Assembly: GCA_964473825.1 (NCBI GenBank)
Contig: CAYYQL010000001.1
Span: 64,001 to 128,000 of the forward strand
Source of the DNA: an uncultured archaeon
Lineage (GTDB): Archaea > Asgardarchaeota > Thorarchaeia > Thorarchaeales > Thorarchaeaceae
Direction of reading: 5' to 3'
DNA length: 64,000 bases
How positions within the stretch are numbered: position 1 is the stretch's first letter; every line of letters starts with the position of its first letter. A program made the position numbers and the translations under genes. This document shows positions 53,541-62,760 of the stretch, one piece after another. Below the pieces are notes generated by a model that was given only the letters and a program-made list of their open reading frames with translations, was not told the DNA's origin and did no database searches.

Positions 53541-55886
53541 TTACTTCTTTACCTTCACGAAGTATACTATTGCCACAATGGCAACTGCTGCGCCGACGCC
53601 ACCAACGACTATGAGAGCAGGGCCGAGATCATCCACGCTTTCAGCAGAGAGACCTAGGTACTTGATTGGCGGTGGAGAACCCAGAACATTCGTAGTGAAG
53701 GGCTCGATTATGACGTCAAGACTGCCTTCGCCGGCTAGAACACGTTCCACATAGAAGATCAGGTTAAACTGCCCTTCTAGGGTTCCAAACTGAAAAGCAG
53801 CCTCGTCGGAGGTCGAACCAACCAATGTATCGTCGAGATCTAACCATCTAAGGACCTGAGCGCCGAACGGGGCTTCCTGTCTGACAGAGGCTGTCCAAGA
53901 TGTCACGTCAGAAACCACGACAGTGACATTGTGCCAGACTCCTGCAGAGGCATCCACACTGAGCATGTATATCTCAGTGGATTCACCAGGATCACCAAGA
54001 GTGAAGTTGTGTATCGCAATGCTGCTTCCCACACTCAAGCTTCCGGTTCCATTGAAATAGTCATCCGAGAGCGGATCGAAATGGATGCCGTAGTCAACGG
54101 TGTATTCATGATACTCATTGCTTCCCCCAGGTGTGTTGTTCACCACTTGATAGGGCACGACTGCAATGATACTTCTTTCACCGGAGAATCTGTCATAAGT
54201 TATTGGAAGTCCAAGGTCCTTTGACGTCCAGTTTGCCGATACCTTCTGCCAGCCCAAGCCAGCTCTTCGGTTCCCGAGATCTTGGATCCAGGTACTGATG
54301 GTGCTTCCATAGTCTCCAAGTACCACATACCGCCCAGATACAGTGACATTGTCGCGGGTCTCAAGAGTCAGATTCGCGCGGTAGAAGTTGATGGGATCGG
54401 TATCCACACTCACCCCTATGATCCGCCCTGCGTCAACAGCGACTTGGCCAGTTCCATCGAGAACTGGACCAACATTGAACTCGTAGAATCCTTTGTCATC
54501 CATGCCAGAGGATGTGGCAACCAGCAGGTATCGCCCAGCAGGTAAGTAGAAAGGCGAAGCGGACTCGAGGTCCTGATGAGTGGGGATAGTCCTGTACCGG
54601 TAGCAGTTGTTATCATCAACGGTCCAAACAGTCCAGTCGAATGGGTTGCTCTCTGTGGATCGATTAACCACAAAGACCGAGTCCTGCGCCAAGTTAAGCT
54701 TGAACGCCTGTCTGCTTCCATCCTGATACGGGCTCTCAATATAGAACTCTTGGTTCAAAGGCAGCGCCGGGGTATCAGGAACCTCGTTGAGCAGGGTGTA
54801 TTGTGTTTCATCCATTCCGATGACGGTGAAATAGTAAGAACCATTCCTGAAACTCTGATACCAATAGGTGTCTCCAGGACTACCCATTCCATCCATGAAA
54901 CCCGCCAGTTCATTGCTGCAGTAGAAAGAGTCGCCAGTAACGATGATGAACGGCTCCGTACCTCCCATCATAGCCATATAGTTGAAAGAGTATCTGAGCC
55001 GCCCGGGATGAGTGTAGTTCCCCGTCACCTGGTATGTCATTGCAGACGGGGGAATCTCAGTATACACGAAATCGCCGTCGTCTTGTCTGACCTTCATCTC
55101 TGAGCCGGGAAGCAATCCCTCGACAATCTGGTCAGGTTCAAGAAGAATAGGCTCAACTGCTTCGAGGAGTAGATCAGCTGTCAAGATTCCGCGGTTTCCA
55201 GACACTGCGTAGAGTACAACAGTATACATTCCCGCTACTGATGGATTGAATGGCATCAGTTGGATGTCACCACTCTCCAGATAAATCTCCGTCAAAGGTC
55301 TACCTAAAGGATCCACAACCATGGCACCCATCTCACAGTCATCTTGGCGAGAAGCCAGTGTGAAGTGGAAGAACTCATCCACTGACGTCAGATTGAAAGT
55401 GCCATAATATGCACGATTAGACTCGATGAGAACCGAGAACTCTTCTCCAACTACAACTGGAAACTCATGCCTCATATGCTCAAGTGAGAGTGTGAAGTCG
55501 TCCGTTGTGTTGACAAAGTCATAGAAGTATGGATACCTTGTTCCGTTGGATAGCCAACCTTGATTATCAATTGAGTCTCTTCCCAAGTAAGTGTACATCG
55601 TGGCAGGACCTTCGAACGTGCCAGTGTTTCGGCTCCAAGAGGATTGGCCGTAGTCATACCTGATATAGTCAACATCTTCATCTACAGTGAGCAGATGCTG
55701 GTCACCATAAACTCCATCATCTCCGTCTACTCTCAGGTATGCATGACCGTTGTCTTCCCTTGTGAGGGACTGACTCTGGCTCCATGACTGAGTCTGGACG
55801 TAGATTGCGTTCACATTTACACATACTGATGCTATGATTAGAACCATTGCGAATATTGCTGTTTTTGCTCTCCACCCAATGGGCAT
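53541..55886 (-). CDS. Secreted, C-terminally anchored multi-beta-sandwich protein of unknown function
   Basis: Signal peptide, beta-rich PPC-like repeats (AGMYTVVLY, NGSYYFTVIG, AGRYLLVA), N-x-S/T sequons, TM + KVKK. Confidence 0.8.
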   Translation of the reverse strand: MPIGWRAKTAIFAMVLIIASVCVNVNAIYVQTQSWSQSQSLTREDNGHAYLRVDGDDGVYGDQHLLTVDEDVDYIRYDYGQSSWSRNTGTFEGPATMYTYLGRDSIDNQGWLSNGTRYPYFYDFVNTTDDFTLSLEHMRHEFPVVVGEEFSVLIESNRAYYGTFNLTSVDEFFHFTLASRQDDCEMGAMVVDPLGRPLTEIYLESGDIQLMPFNPSVAGMYTVVLYAVSGNRGILTADLLLEAVEPILLEPDQIVEGLLPGSEMKVRQDDGDFVYTEIPPSAMTYQVTGNYTHPGRLRYSFNYMAMMGGTEPFIIVTGDSFYCSNELAGFMDGMGSPGDTYWYQSFRNGSYYFTVIGMDETQYTLLNEVPDTPALPLNQEFYIESPYQDGSRQAFKLNLAQDSVFVVNRSTESNPFDWTVWTVDDNNCYRYRTIPTHQDLESASPFYLPAGRYLLVATSSGMDDKGFYEFNVGPVLDGTGQVAVDAGRIIGVSVDTDPINFYRANLTLETRDNVTVSGRYVVLGDYGSTISTWIQDLGNRRAGLGWQKVSANWTSKDLGLPITYDRFSGERSIIAVVPYQVVNNTPGGSNEYHEYTVDYGIHFDPLSDDYFNGTGSLSVGSSIAIHNFTLGDPGESTEIYMLSVDASAGVWHNVTVVVSDVTSWTASVRQEAPFGAQVLRWLDLDDTLVGSTSDEAAFQFGTLEGQFNLIFYVERVLAGEGSLDVIIEPFTTNVLGSPPPIKYLGLSAESVDDLGPALIVVGGVGAAVAIVAIVYFVKVKK

Positions 55887-56036
55887 CGGGCGCGCACCTC
55901 ATCACAACCGGTAACATGGTTCAATAAAACCTTTGTGCGACCTGTGTCACAACCACAGTCTGCTCCTTTTATTCCCCTCCAGAGTATTTCATGCTGGATG
56001 CGAAAGCTTGAAACAGCGGTCTTCGCTTGCACACCC

Positions 56037-56990
56037 ATGAAACTCGGCGATATTTACCATATGATTGTAGAAATGGGTATCAAGGCGGATCCCCGCGGCA
56101 AGGATAGGGTCAGAGAGATTCTAGACGACTCGAAGGGAAAATATGAGAAGCTCGAGGGAAAGAAGAAGGAACTCGCAGATTCCGATGTTGTCTGGAACCC
56201 GTATACCGATTGTAGGTTGCTCTATGGAACAGAGGATAGGGAGGTCGGTAGTGTTCTTGCCGGTATCGATATCACACCGGGCGAGATTGTTCTTGCTGAC
56301 CGAATGAGTGACAAGGGAACCAAGATAGACCTCGTTCTAGCTCATCACCCCCACGGGATTGGCACCAGCCACCTCGACTGGGTGATGAAGCTGCAGCCTG
56401 ACCACTGGGCGAAGCTCGGGGTACCGATTGCCCAGGCTGAGTCTGCCATGGCAAAGAGACTCAAGGAGGTTCATTTCGCGACCAAGGGACGCAACCATAC
56501 GCAGACAATTGATGCCGCGCGACTCATCGATATGCCCTTCATGTGTTCGCATACGCCGGCCGACTCATTGGGATATCAGTTTCTAGACGAGTATCTCAAG
56601 AAAAGAGCACCATCAACTCTAGGTGACTTGGTCGAAGCGTTGTTAGAGATACCTGAATATCAAGAGGCTGAGAAGTACGGTGCAGGACCAGAGATTCTGG
56701 TGGGAAGTGAATCAGGGACCTGTGGTGAAAAGTTTGTGTTCTTCACCGGAGGGACTTCGCCAGGACCAGAGGCAATAGGCAAACTCGGCAGAGCAGGTGT
56801 AAGCACGATAGTCACCATGCACTTGACTGACAAGCTGAAGGAAGCGTGTGAGAAGGAAGGACTCTACGTTGTCATAGCTGGGCATATGAGCAGTGACTCC
56901 ATCGGGATGAATCTGATTCTCGATGAGTTAGAGAAGAAAGACCTTGAGACCTATGCATGCTCAGGTCTCTTCAGACACAAACGTGTCTAG
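56037..56990 (+). CDS. NIF3 (NGG1p interacting factor 3) family protein
   Basis: ATG 56037 (MKLGDIY..I...GI.ADPRG), NPY.D.R, AHHPHG, HTPAD, FTGGT, MH, AGHMSSDSIGMN. Confidence 0.88.
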   Translation: MKLGDIYHMIVEMGIKADPRGKDRVREILDDSKGKYEKLEGKKKELADSDVVWNPYTDCRLLYGTEDREVGSVLAGIDITPGEIVLADRMSDKGTKIDLVLAHHPHGIGTSHLDWVMKLQPDHWAKLGVPIAQAESAMAKRLKEVHFATKGRNHTQTIDAARLIDMPFMCSHTPADSLGYQFLDEYLKKRAPSTLGDLVEALLEIPEYQEAEKYGAGPEILVGSESGTCGEKFVFFTGGTSPGPEAIGKLGRAGVSTIVTMHLTDKLKEACEKEGLYVVIAGHMSSDSIGMNLILDELEKKDLETYACSGLFRHKRV

Positions 56991-57052
56991 AAACCTTGGG
57001 GAGAGGTTTCATTAGAAGCCTCGTCGTATTATTCTCTCAGAGGCTGAAAACA

Positions 57053-57919
57053 GTGCAGGTGAAAGACGTATCAGAGAGAGGTGTGCTATTCGCCTTCGAT
57101 GACCCATACATAGGCAACGTCTATGCGATAGTAGGAGAGTCATCACTATTTATCTGCGACACATTCTGTGGCCCTGACCCAATGAGAAGGGTGATGACAC
57201 ATCTATCCAAAAACTACGATCTACCCTCACGTGTCGTCATCTTCAATTCACATGCAGACTACGATCACATCTGGGGAAACTGCCATTTCGAGGGGGAACT
57301 GATCATTTGTCACGAGTTGTGTCGGGAACGAGTTATGAAAGAATGGGACGAAGTGCTTGAGAGGAATTCAGAACATCAGCGAGGGAATGTAATCAGGCTT
57401 CCTCCCAATGTCACTTTTCAAGAGAAACTGGATTTCGTTGAGGAGGAGGTTGAGTTCTTTCACACGCCCGGGCATACACGAGACTCTGCCAGTTGCTTTG
57501 ACAAGAGAGACAGTATCCTGTTTGTTGGAGACAACATCGAGAGTCCAATCCCATACATCAATCAGATGAACATTAAGGAATACAAGGCAACGCTTGGCAG
57601 CTATCTCCAGGCTGACGCGAGACTGATAATCTCTGGGCATGATCCACCGCAGGACAACTTGGATCTGGTGAGAGCCAATCTAGAGTATGTCACTGACTTC
57701 GGACGGTGGACCGTTGACATCGGGTCGCTCAATGACCGTGCACGGCAGGCCCACCTCATGAATGTCGTTCGAGTCGCAGACGATGTCAAGGAGGGAGAAA
57801 TCACCGCGGAGGCGATTCTCCATTACAAAGCAGTCAAGGATGCTCTCCAATCAATGGAGAGAACTGGCTTTGTAAGCGATGCTCTCAGCAAAGTTCAGGA
57901 AATCATCAGCAAAGCTTAG
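57053..57919 (+). CDS. MBL-fold metallo-hydrolase (cyclase-like)
   Basis: SHADYDHIWGN, TPGHT.DS, LFVGDN, ISGH. Confidence 0.9.
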   Translation: MQVKDVSERGVLFAFDDPYIGNVYAIVGESSLFICDTFCGPDPMRRVMTHLSKNYDLPSRVVIFNSHADYDHIWGNCHFEGELIICHELCRERVMKEWDEVLERNSEHQRGNVIRLPPNVTFQEKLDFVEEEVEFFHTPGHTRDSASCFDKRDSILFVGDNIESPIPYINQMNIKEYKATLGSYLQADARLIISGHDPPQDNLDLVRANLEYVTDFGRWTVDIGSLNDRARQAHLMNVVRVADDVKEGEITAEAILHYKAVKDALQSMERTGFVSDALSKVQEIISKA

Positions 57920-58782
57920 ACATCATCGAACTCATCTATCTCAAGCGTCAGACGGCGCGGGTTCGCAAGCAGGCTGACTTCGAACCGCTCTTGCAAAGGT
58001 GTACCCTTGCTGTCCGTAAGAACCTCCAAGCCCCGTGAGATTTTCTTCCAGATGTCCTTTCTGTACTTGATTGTCGTTGAGAATGCCTGAAGAACTCTAC
58101 AGAACCAATCATTCTTTGCCAGAATCGGATCACGTATCTTGACAGTGCACTCGCCACCTATGTTAGCCAACTTGCTGTCTATCTCAGCCACAGTTGCGTC
58201 GTCTGTGGCCATTACTACACGGAAATCGTCGCCCATGGTGATTCTCTTTCCTTCGATTCTGAAGACTTGGAACTGGCCATCGTTACCAACCATAAAGAAG
58301 GAATAACTCTCAGTGTCGACCGGACCCCGACGATTCTGACTGATTCGTGTGAGAATCTCATTCTCATCGGTCAAGACAGCAAATGACACCAACGGCATCT
58401 CTGCAGAGAAACTCCTGGCATATTCATCCGCCAACATCTCTTCGATGGTCGCATACCAGTTCCCGGTGTCCGTAAACAGCTTGAGAACTAGCCTCTTCGA
58501 ATACTCATTCGGAGCATCATCCCAAGGTTTTTCTCGTTGGACGATAAACCCCTCTTTCTCCAAGTCAGGCATCGAATCCGAAGCAGAACTTCGTTGCGAA
58601 GTCTCCACTTTTCCAATTATCTCCGAATCCGTTGTATACTGACGACTTCTAGACCTCCACTCTTCTTGCTGCTTGATTCCGATTTCTTCAATGTGTAAAT
58701 CCGTTGCATAGAAATCTTGAGATAATACCCGATAGACGGTATCTCCACCGCGTTTGACGTCTTCTTCTGGCAACTCTATCAC
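57916..58782 (-). CDS. Hypothetical protein with possible LURP-one/Tubby-C/scramblase-like fold
   Basis: FRIEGKRITMGDDFRVV......VAEIDSKLANIGGECTVKI followed by a hydrophobic C-terminal helix. Confidence 0.6.
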   Translation of the reverse strand: MIELPEEDVKRGGDTVYRVLSQDFYATDLHIEEIGIKQQEEWRSRSRQYTTDSEIIGKVETSQRSSASDSMPDLEKEGFIVQREKPWDDAPNEYSKRLVLKLFTDTGNWYATIEEMLADEYARSFSAEMPLVSFAVLTDENEILTRISQNRRGPVDTESYSFFMVGNDGQFQVFRIEGKRITMGDDFRVVMATDDATVAEIDSKLANIGGECTVKIRDPILAKNDWFCRVLQAFSTTIKYRKDIWKKISRGLEVLTDSKGTPLQERFEVSLLANPRRLTLEIDEFDDV

Positions 58783-58920
58783 TTCTCAATAACGATAGTA
58801 AACTGTTCCCCCTTTTGTCGGTTTCTATATGACGTGTAAGATCTTACACAGAATCATTCATGTTCGAGTATGCATACCATATTTTTTGACTAACAAACCT
58901 CTATGGCTTGTTCTGTCATC

Positions 58921-59093
58921 CGACCCCGTGGCATGGCAAAGGAGGAAGTGGAGAACCGGGGCCTAGGGCCTCTGTTTGACTCAAACGGAGGATAACAAAT
59001 GAAATATGTTATCTAACCGGGAAGGTTGACCGCGAGTCACTTCGTGCAGCCGTGCGTACAGACAGTCCAGCTCTGCTCGTGGTCAACTGACCC
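58921..59093 (+). ncRNA. Candidate structured RNA (four consecutive stems) containing a micro-ORF MKYVI
   Basis: Stems 58924-58961, 58969-58991, 58991-59013 and 59025-59087; G-U pairs form only on the + strand. Confidence 0.4.
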
Positions 59094-59108
59094 AAATCTC
59101 CTTCATTC

Positions 59109-59564
59109 CTAAAATGAATCACTTCTGACCTTGGTCACACTCTCGAAATCTGTCACGATGTACAGCCAATCTACAGTGACCTTCATGATGGCAGTATCTT
59201 CTGAACGGACGAAATCGGAGAGATATGGATGCTTCTCTAGCAGGAAATCCATGTACTTCCTTCTCTCTTTGTTCTCGGTTTCTGCAGCGGTGCCAAGAAC
59301 AGTCAAGGATGTGACTCTCTGAAAATCATCTGGGCGGTTCTCACGATCATCAAAGATCATGCATACGTTATGATTCTCCATCATCATCCTGTACTTCAGT
59401 CGGTCACGTCTTGTGGCAAAGATGACACATCCCAAGTCTTCTGTGAACCTGAAGCTCACGAGACATGAATAGGGCTTGCCCTTACTTGTCGTGGAAAGAA
59501 CTCCCACGAGCTGATTCTCCACCAACTTGGTGACTCTCTCACGAAGCCCCGCATCCATGTCCAT
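59109..59564 (-). CDS. Pyridoxamine 5'-phosphate oxidase-like (FMN split-barrel) protein
   Basis: GVLSTTSKGKPYSCLVSF, IFAT.R...KY.....N.NV...FDDR, LLEKHPYL.DF. Confidence 0.88.
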   Translation of the reverse strand: MDMDAGLRERVTKLVENQLVGVLSTTSKGKPYSCLVSFRFTEDLGCVIFATRRDRLKYRMMMENHNVCMIFDDRENRPDDFQRVTSLTVLGTAAETENKERRKYMDFLLEKHPYLSDFVRSEDTAIMKVTVDWLYIVTDFESVTKVRSDSF

Positions 59565-59620
59565 CTCAGCCCATCCTCCCAATGTTCATTCGGTTTATCG
59601 TCACAGACGCATCTCTCCTC

Positions 59621-61078
59621 TCATTCATCATCCTCATACTTCGAAGCCTCCACAGCATGTTGGTGACCAGGGATTCCTGGCGATGTCATACGTTCAGGGG
59701 ACAGAAGAACATCTAGATAGCTCTCATCGAGAATTCCTTCCTCTAGAACAATCTCACGGATGGTCTTCTTCGTATCAAGAGCCTTCTTAGCAATTCGAGT
59801 TGCCGCCTTGTAACCTAGAACAGGATTCAGAGCAGTCACCAGCCCGATGCTCCTGTGAACAACATCAAGACCCTCTCTGTTGGGTTCAATTCCCTTAATG
59901 CACTTGTTGGTCAGAATGGGCATCGAGTTTCGAAGCAGCTTAACAGCCTGAAAGAAGTTGTAGGCAATAACTGGTTCATAGGCATTCAACTCAAGCTGGC
60001 CAGCTTGCGCAGCCAACGATATCACTGCATCATGACCAATGACCTCATAGGCACACTGAATGACCATCTCGCAGATGACAGGATTGACTTTACCAGGCAT
60101 GATCGAGCTCCCAGGCTGAACGGCAGGGAGGGTGATCTCATGAAAGCCACCTATAGGACCGGATGAGAGTAGAATTAGATCATTGCATATCTTGCTTAGA
60201 TTTGTGGCAAGTACTCGAAGCAATCCAGATGCATGGACAAACTCATCGCTATTCTGAGTGTCATCAATCAGGTTCTCAGCAGTCGAGAGTCCATCAAGAC
60301 CTGTTACATCTCGTAGATGCCTCTCCGCTCCTCGGATGTATTCAGGATCCGCGTTCAGAGAAGTGCCTATTGCAGTCGCCCCGATATTGTGCTTTTCCAG
60401 CACATCTACCGCCAAGCCGATTCGTAGCAGATCGCGCTTCAGACATGCAGACCATGCCGAAAACTCCTGACCGAGAGTGATGGGTACAGCATCCTGCATC
60501 TCTGTACGACCAAGCTTCAGTAGGTCACTGCATTCTCGCGCCTTCTCGTCCAGTGCCAGAATCAACTGCTCCAAAGCTGATGACAAGTCTGAGAGACCGA
60601 AGATTGCAGCAATCTTGATTGCAGTCGGATAGACATCATTAGTACTCTGGGCCATGTTCACGTGGTCGTTAGCAGACACTGGGCTCATGGAGCTCCGCGG
60701 ATGTCCCAGTATCTCGTTTGCACGAGAGGCAAGCACTTCATTCATGTTCATATTCGTACTTGTACCTGCCCCTCCCTGAAGCATATCAACAATGAATTGG
60801 TCATGCATCTGTTCATCAATAATCTCATCGCATGCCTGAATGATGGCATCGGCATACTCATCTCTCAGGTGACCAAGGGCTTGGTTGGCCATCGTACAGG
60901 CCTTCTTGACCATGGCCAGCGCTTGGACAAGGGTAGTGTAGTTACTCAACGGTATCAGTGAAACCCCGAAGTTCTCCGTCGCCCGAAGAGTCTGTACACC
61001 CCAATAGGCATCTTTCGGTATTCGACGCGTGCCAAGCAGGTCACTCTCTTCTCGATATTCGATTGACTCTTCATCCAT
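59621..61078 (-). CDS. aspA: Aspartate ammonia-lyase (fumarase/aspartase superfamily)
   Basis: YWGVQTLRA.ENF, QGGAGTSTNMNMNEV, QSTNDVYPTA, GSSIMPGKVNPV, GQLELN. Confidence 0.9.
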   Translation of the reverse strand: MDEESIEYREESDLLGTRRIPKDAYWGVQTLRATENFGVSLIPLSNYTTLVQALAMVKKACTMANQALGHLRDEYADAIIQACDEIIDEQMHDQFIVDMLQGGAGTSTNMNMNEVLASRANEILGHPRSSMSPVSANDHVNMAQSTNDVYPTAIKIAAIFGLSDLSSALEQLILALDEKARECSDLLKLGRTEMQDAVPITLGQEFSAWSACLKRDLLRIGLAVDVLEKHNIGATAIGTSLNADPEYIRGAERHLRDVTGLDGLSTAENLIDDTQNSDEFVHASGLLRVLATNLSKICNDLILLSSGPIGGFHEITLPAVQPGSSIMPGKVNPVICEMVIQCAYEVIGHDAVISLAAQAGQLELNAYEPVIAYNFFQAVKLLRNSMPILTNKCIKGIEPNREGLDVVHRSIGLVTALNPVLGYKAATRIAKKALDTKKTIREIVLEEGILDESYLDVLLSPERMTSPGIPGHQHAVEASKYEDDE

Positions 61079-61171
61079 AATTCTCACAACCCATAGCGTC
61101 AATTAGGAACCAGACTTTCGTTTCTGCGTATCGACCCCGGCCGATTTCAGTCTATGCATCAGGAACGGAAA

Positions 61172-62758
61172 CTAAAAACCGGCAGCTTGGCCGTCCTTCC
61201 TGAAATCAGAACCTGCAATCCATGAACCTTCTAGCTTGAAGATTGCCTGCCCCCCTCCGAAACCGAAGGAGGTCTCATGGGCAAGTACGTGGCCGAGTTT
61301 TCGAAGATCACCCTGGATATGTGGTGGAACACCGTTCTCTAAAGCTACAGTATTAGATTCTTGATCGTGATGAAACCTTGGATAGTCAAGGGCCTCTTGA
61401 GGACTCATCTCGTAGTCTATCATGTTACTGATGAACTGAGCATGTGCTTGCGCCTGATGTGGACCGCCCATAATGCCGAAAACACCTTCCACCTTTTTGT
61501 TTCTGTATACAGCCCCTGGAATGATTGTGTGGAACGGTCTCTTGTTAGGAGCATAGGCATTCGGGTGTTCAGGATCTAATTGGAAAAGGCTACCTCGGTT
61601 TTGGAGCTTGATTCCAGTTCCAGGTACAACCAACCCGCTTCCAAAGCCCATGTAAAGGCTGTTGATGAAACTGATCGCGTTCCCGTCCCTGTCAGCTGCG
61701 GCCAGATAGACAGTATCGCAATCATAGCCCAGACCCGAGTCTGGGAGTTTCATGGCTGCATCCCTGTCTACCATATGAGCACGCTTCTGCAAATACTCTC
61801 GTGAGAGGAAAGTCTCCAGTGGTGCGTCATAGAAATCGGGATCCGCATTGTGGGCATAGAGGTCCGCATAAGCGAGCTTCTTGGCCTCAATCATCAGGTG
61901 GTACCGTTCAGCGCTCATTGTAGGTTCAGTTGATGATTCAAGCTCCTCCATTAGTCCCAGCATAATCAGAGCAGCGAAACCTTGGCCATTGGGAGGATGC
62001 TCATATACATCATGCCCGTGGTAACTCAAGGAGATGGGCTCGGTAACCGTTGTAGAATGCACCTTCATATCCTCGGGAGTCAGAAAGCCTCCATCATCCT
62101 GTACTGTTTCAACAATCCGTCTGGCTACCTCCCCCTCGTAGAAATACTCAAGCCCGTCCCTACCGACACCTCTGAAGACATCTGCAAGGTCAGGGTTCTT
62201 CATGAGCTGACCTCTTCGGGGAGGAGCCCCCTCTACGGTAAAGACCTCCCGGGCGTATTCGCTCCTGAGAACACCAGTCACAAAACCCCAAACCTCGGAA
62301 ATGACAGGAGACACCGGGAATCCCTCTTCTGCGTATCTGATTGCTGGAGAAAGAACATCTGAGAACTCAAGTCGTCCATGGGCATCAACAAGAGTATGCC
62401 AGAGATGCATAGCTCCGGGGACCGTGACAGTTGGTCCACCCCGAGTCGGCATGGCTTCCCATCCGCGCTCACGTAGGTCAGACAGAGCCACCAACGAACC
62501 AGAACGCCCTGAGCCGTTGTAGCCAATTGGTCTAGTCGAACCCGTCAGATGGACGAGTGCAAACGCATCTCCACCGCATCCAGTCGAAAACGGCTCAACA
62601 ACATCGAGGACAGCTGCTGCAGCTATGGCAGCGTCGATAGCATTGCCTCCCTTCTTCAGAATCTCTACCCCGGCCTGTGTGGCAAGCGGCTGGGAAGTCG
62701 CAACTGCTCCATTCTGCGCAATGATATCAGAGCGACCGGTCTTGCGTTGCCAGAACAT
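61172..62758 (-). CDS. ggt: Gamma-glutamyltransferase family Ntn-hydrolase (cytoplasmic)
   Basis: TSQPLA..AG..IL..GGNAIDAAIA, GGDAF, TVPGA, PPNGQG, DTVYL...D.DGN, GFGSG, KRPFHTIIP, DFRKDG. Confidence 0.93.
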   Translation of the reverse strand: MFWQRKTGRSDIIAQNGAVATSQPLATQAGVEILKKGGNAIDAAIAAAAVLDVVEPFSTGCGGDAFALVHLTGSTRPIGYNGSGRSGSLVALSDLRERGWEAMPTRGGPTVTVPGAMHLWHTLVDAHGRLEFSDVLSPAIRYAEEGFPVSPVISEVWGFVTGVLRSEYAREVFTVEGAPPRRGQLMKNPDLADVFRGVGRDGLEYFYEGEVARRIVETVQDDGGFLTPEDMKVHSTTVTEPISLSYHGHDVYEHPPNGQGFAALIMLGLMEELESSTEPTMSAERYHLMIEAKKLAYADLYAHNADPDFYDAPLETFLSREYLQKRAHMVDRDAAMKLPDSGLGYDCDTVYLAAADRDGNAISFINSLYMGFGSGLVVPGTGIKLQNRGSLFQLDPEHPNAYAPNKRPFHTIIPGAVYRNKKVEGVFGIMGGPHQAQAHAQFISNMIDYEMSPQEALDYPRFHHDQESNTVALENGVPPHIQGDLRKLGHVLAHETSFGFGGGQAIFKLEGSWIAGSDFRKDGQAAGF

Positions 62759-62760
62759 GC

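Noticed and set aside
58921-59093. Structured region as RNase P RNA, SRP RNA, tRNA, SECIS or C/D-box RNA
   Set aside because: It lacks GAGGAAAGUCC, the SRP helix-8 motif, a cloverleaf, a clear C box, and an adjacent in-frame-UGA gene.
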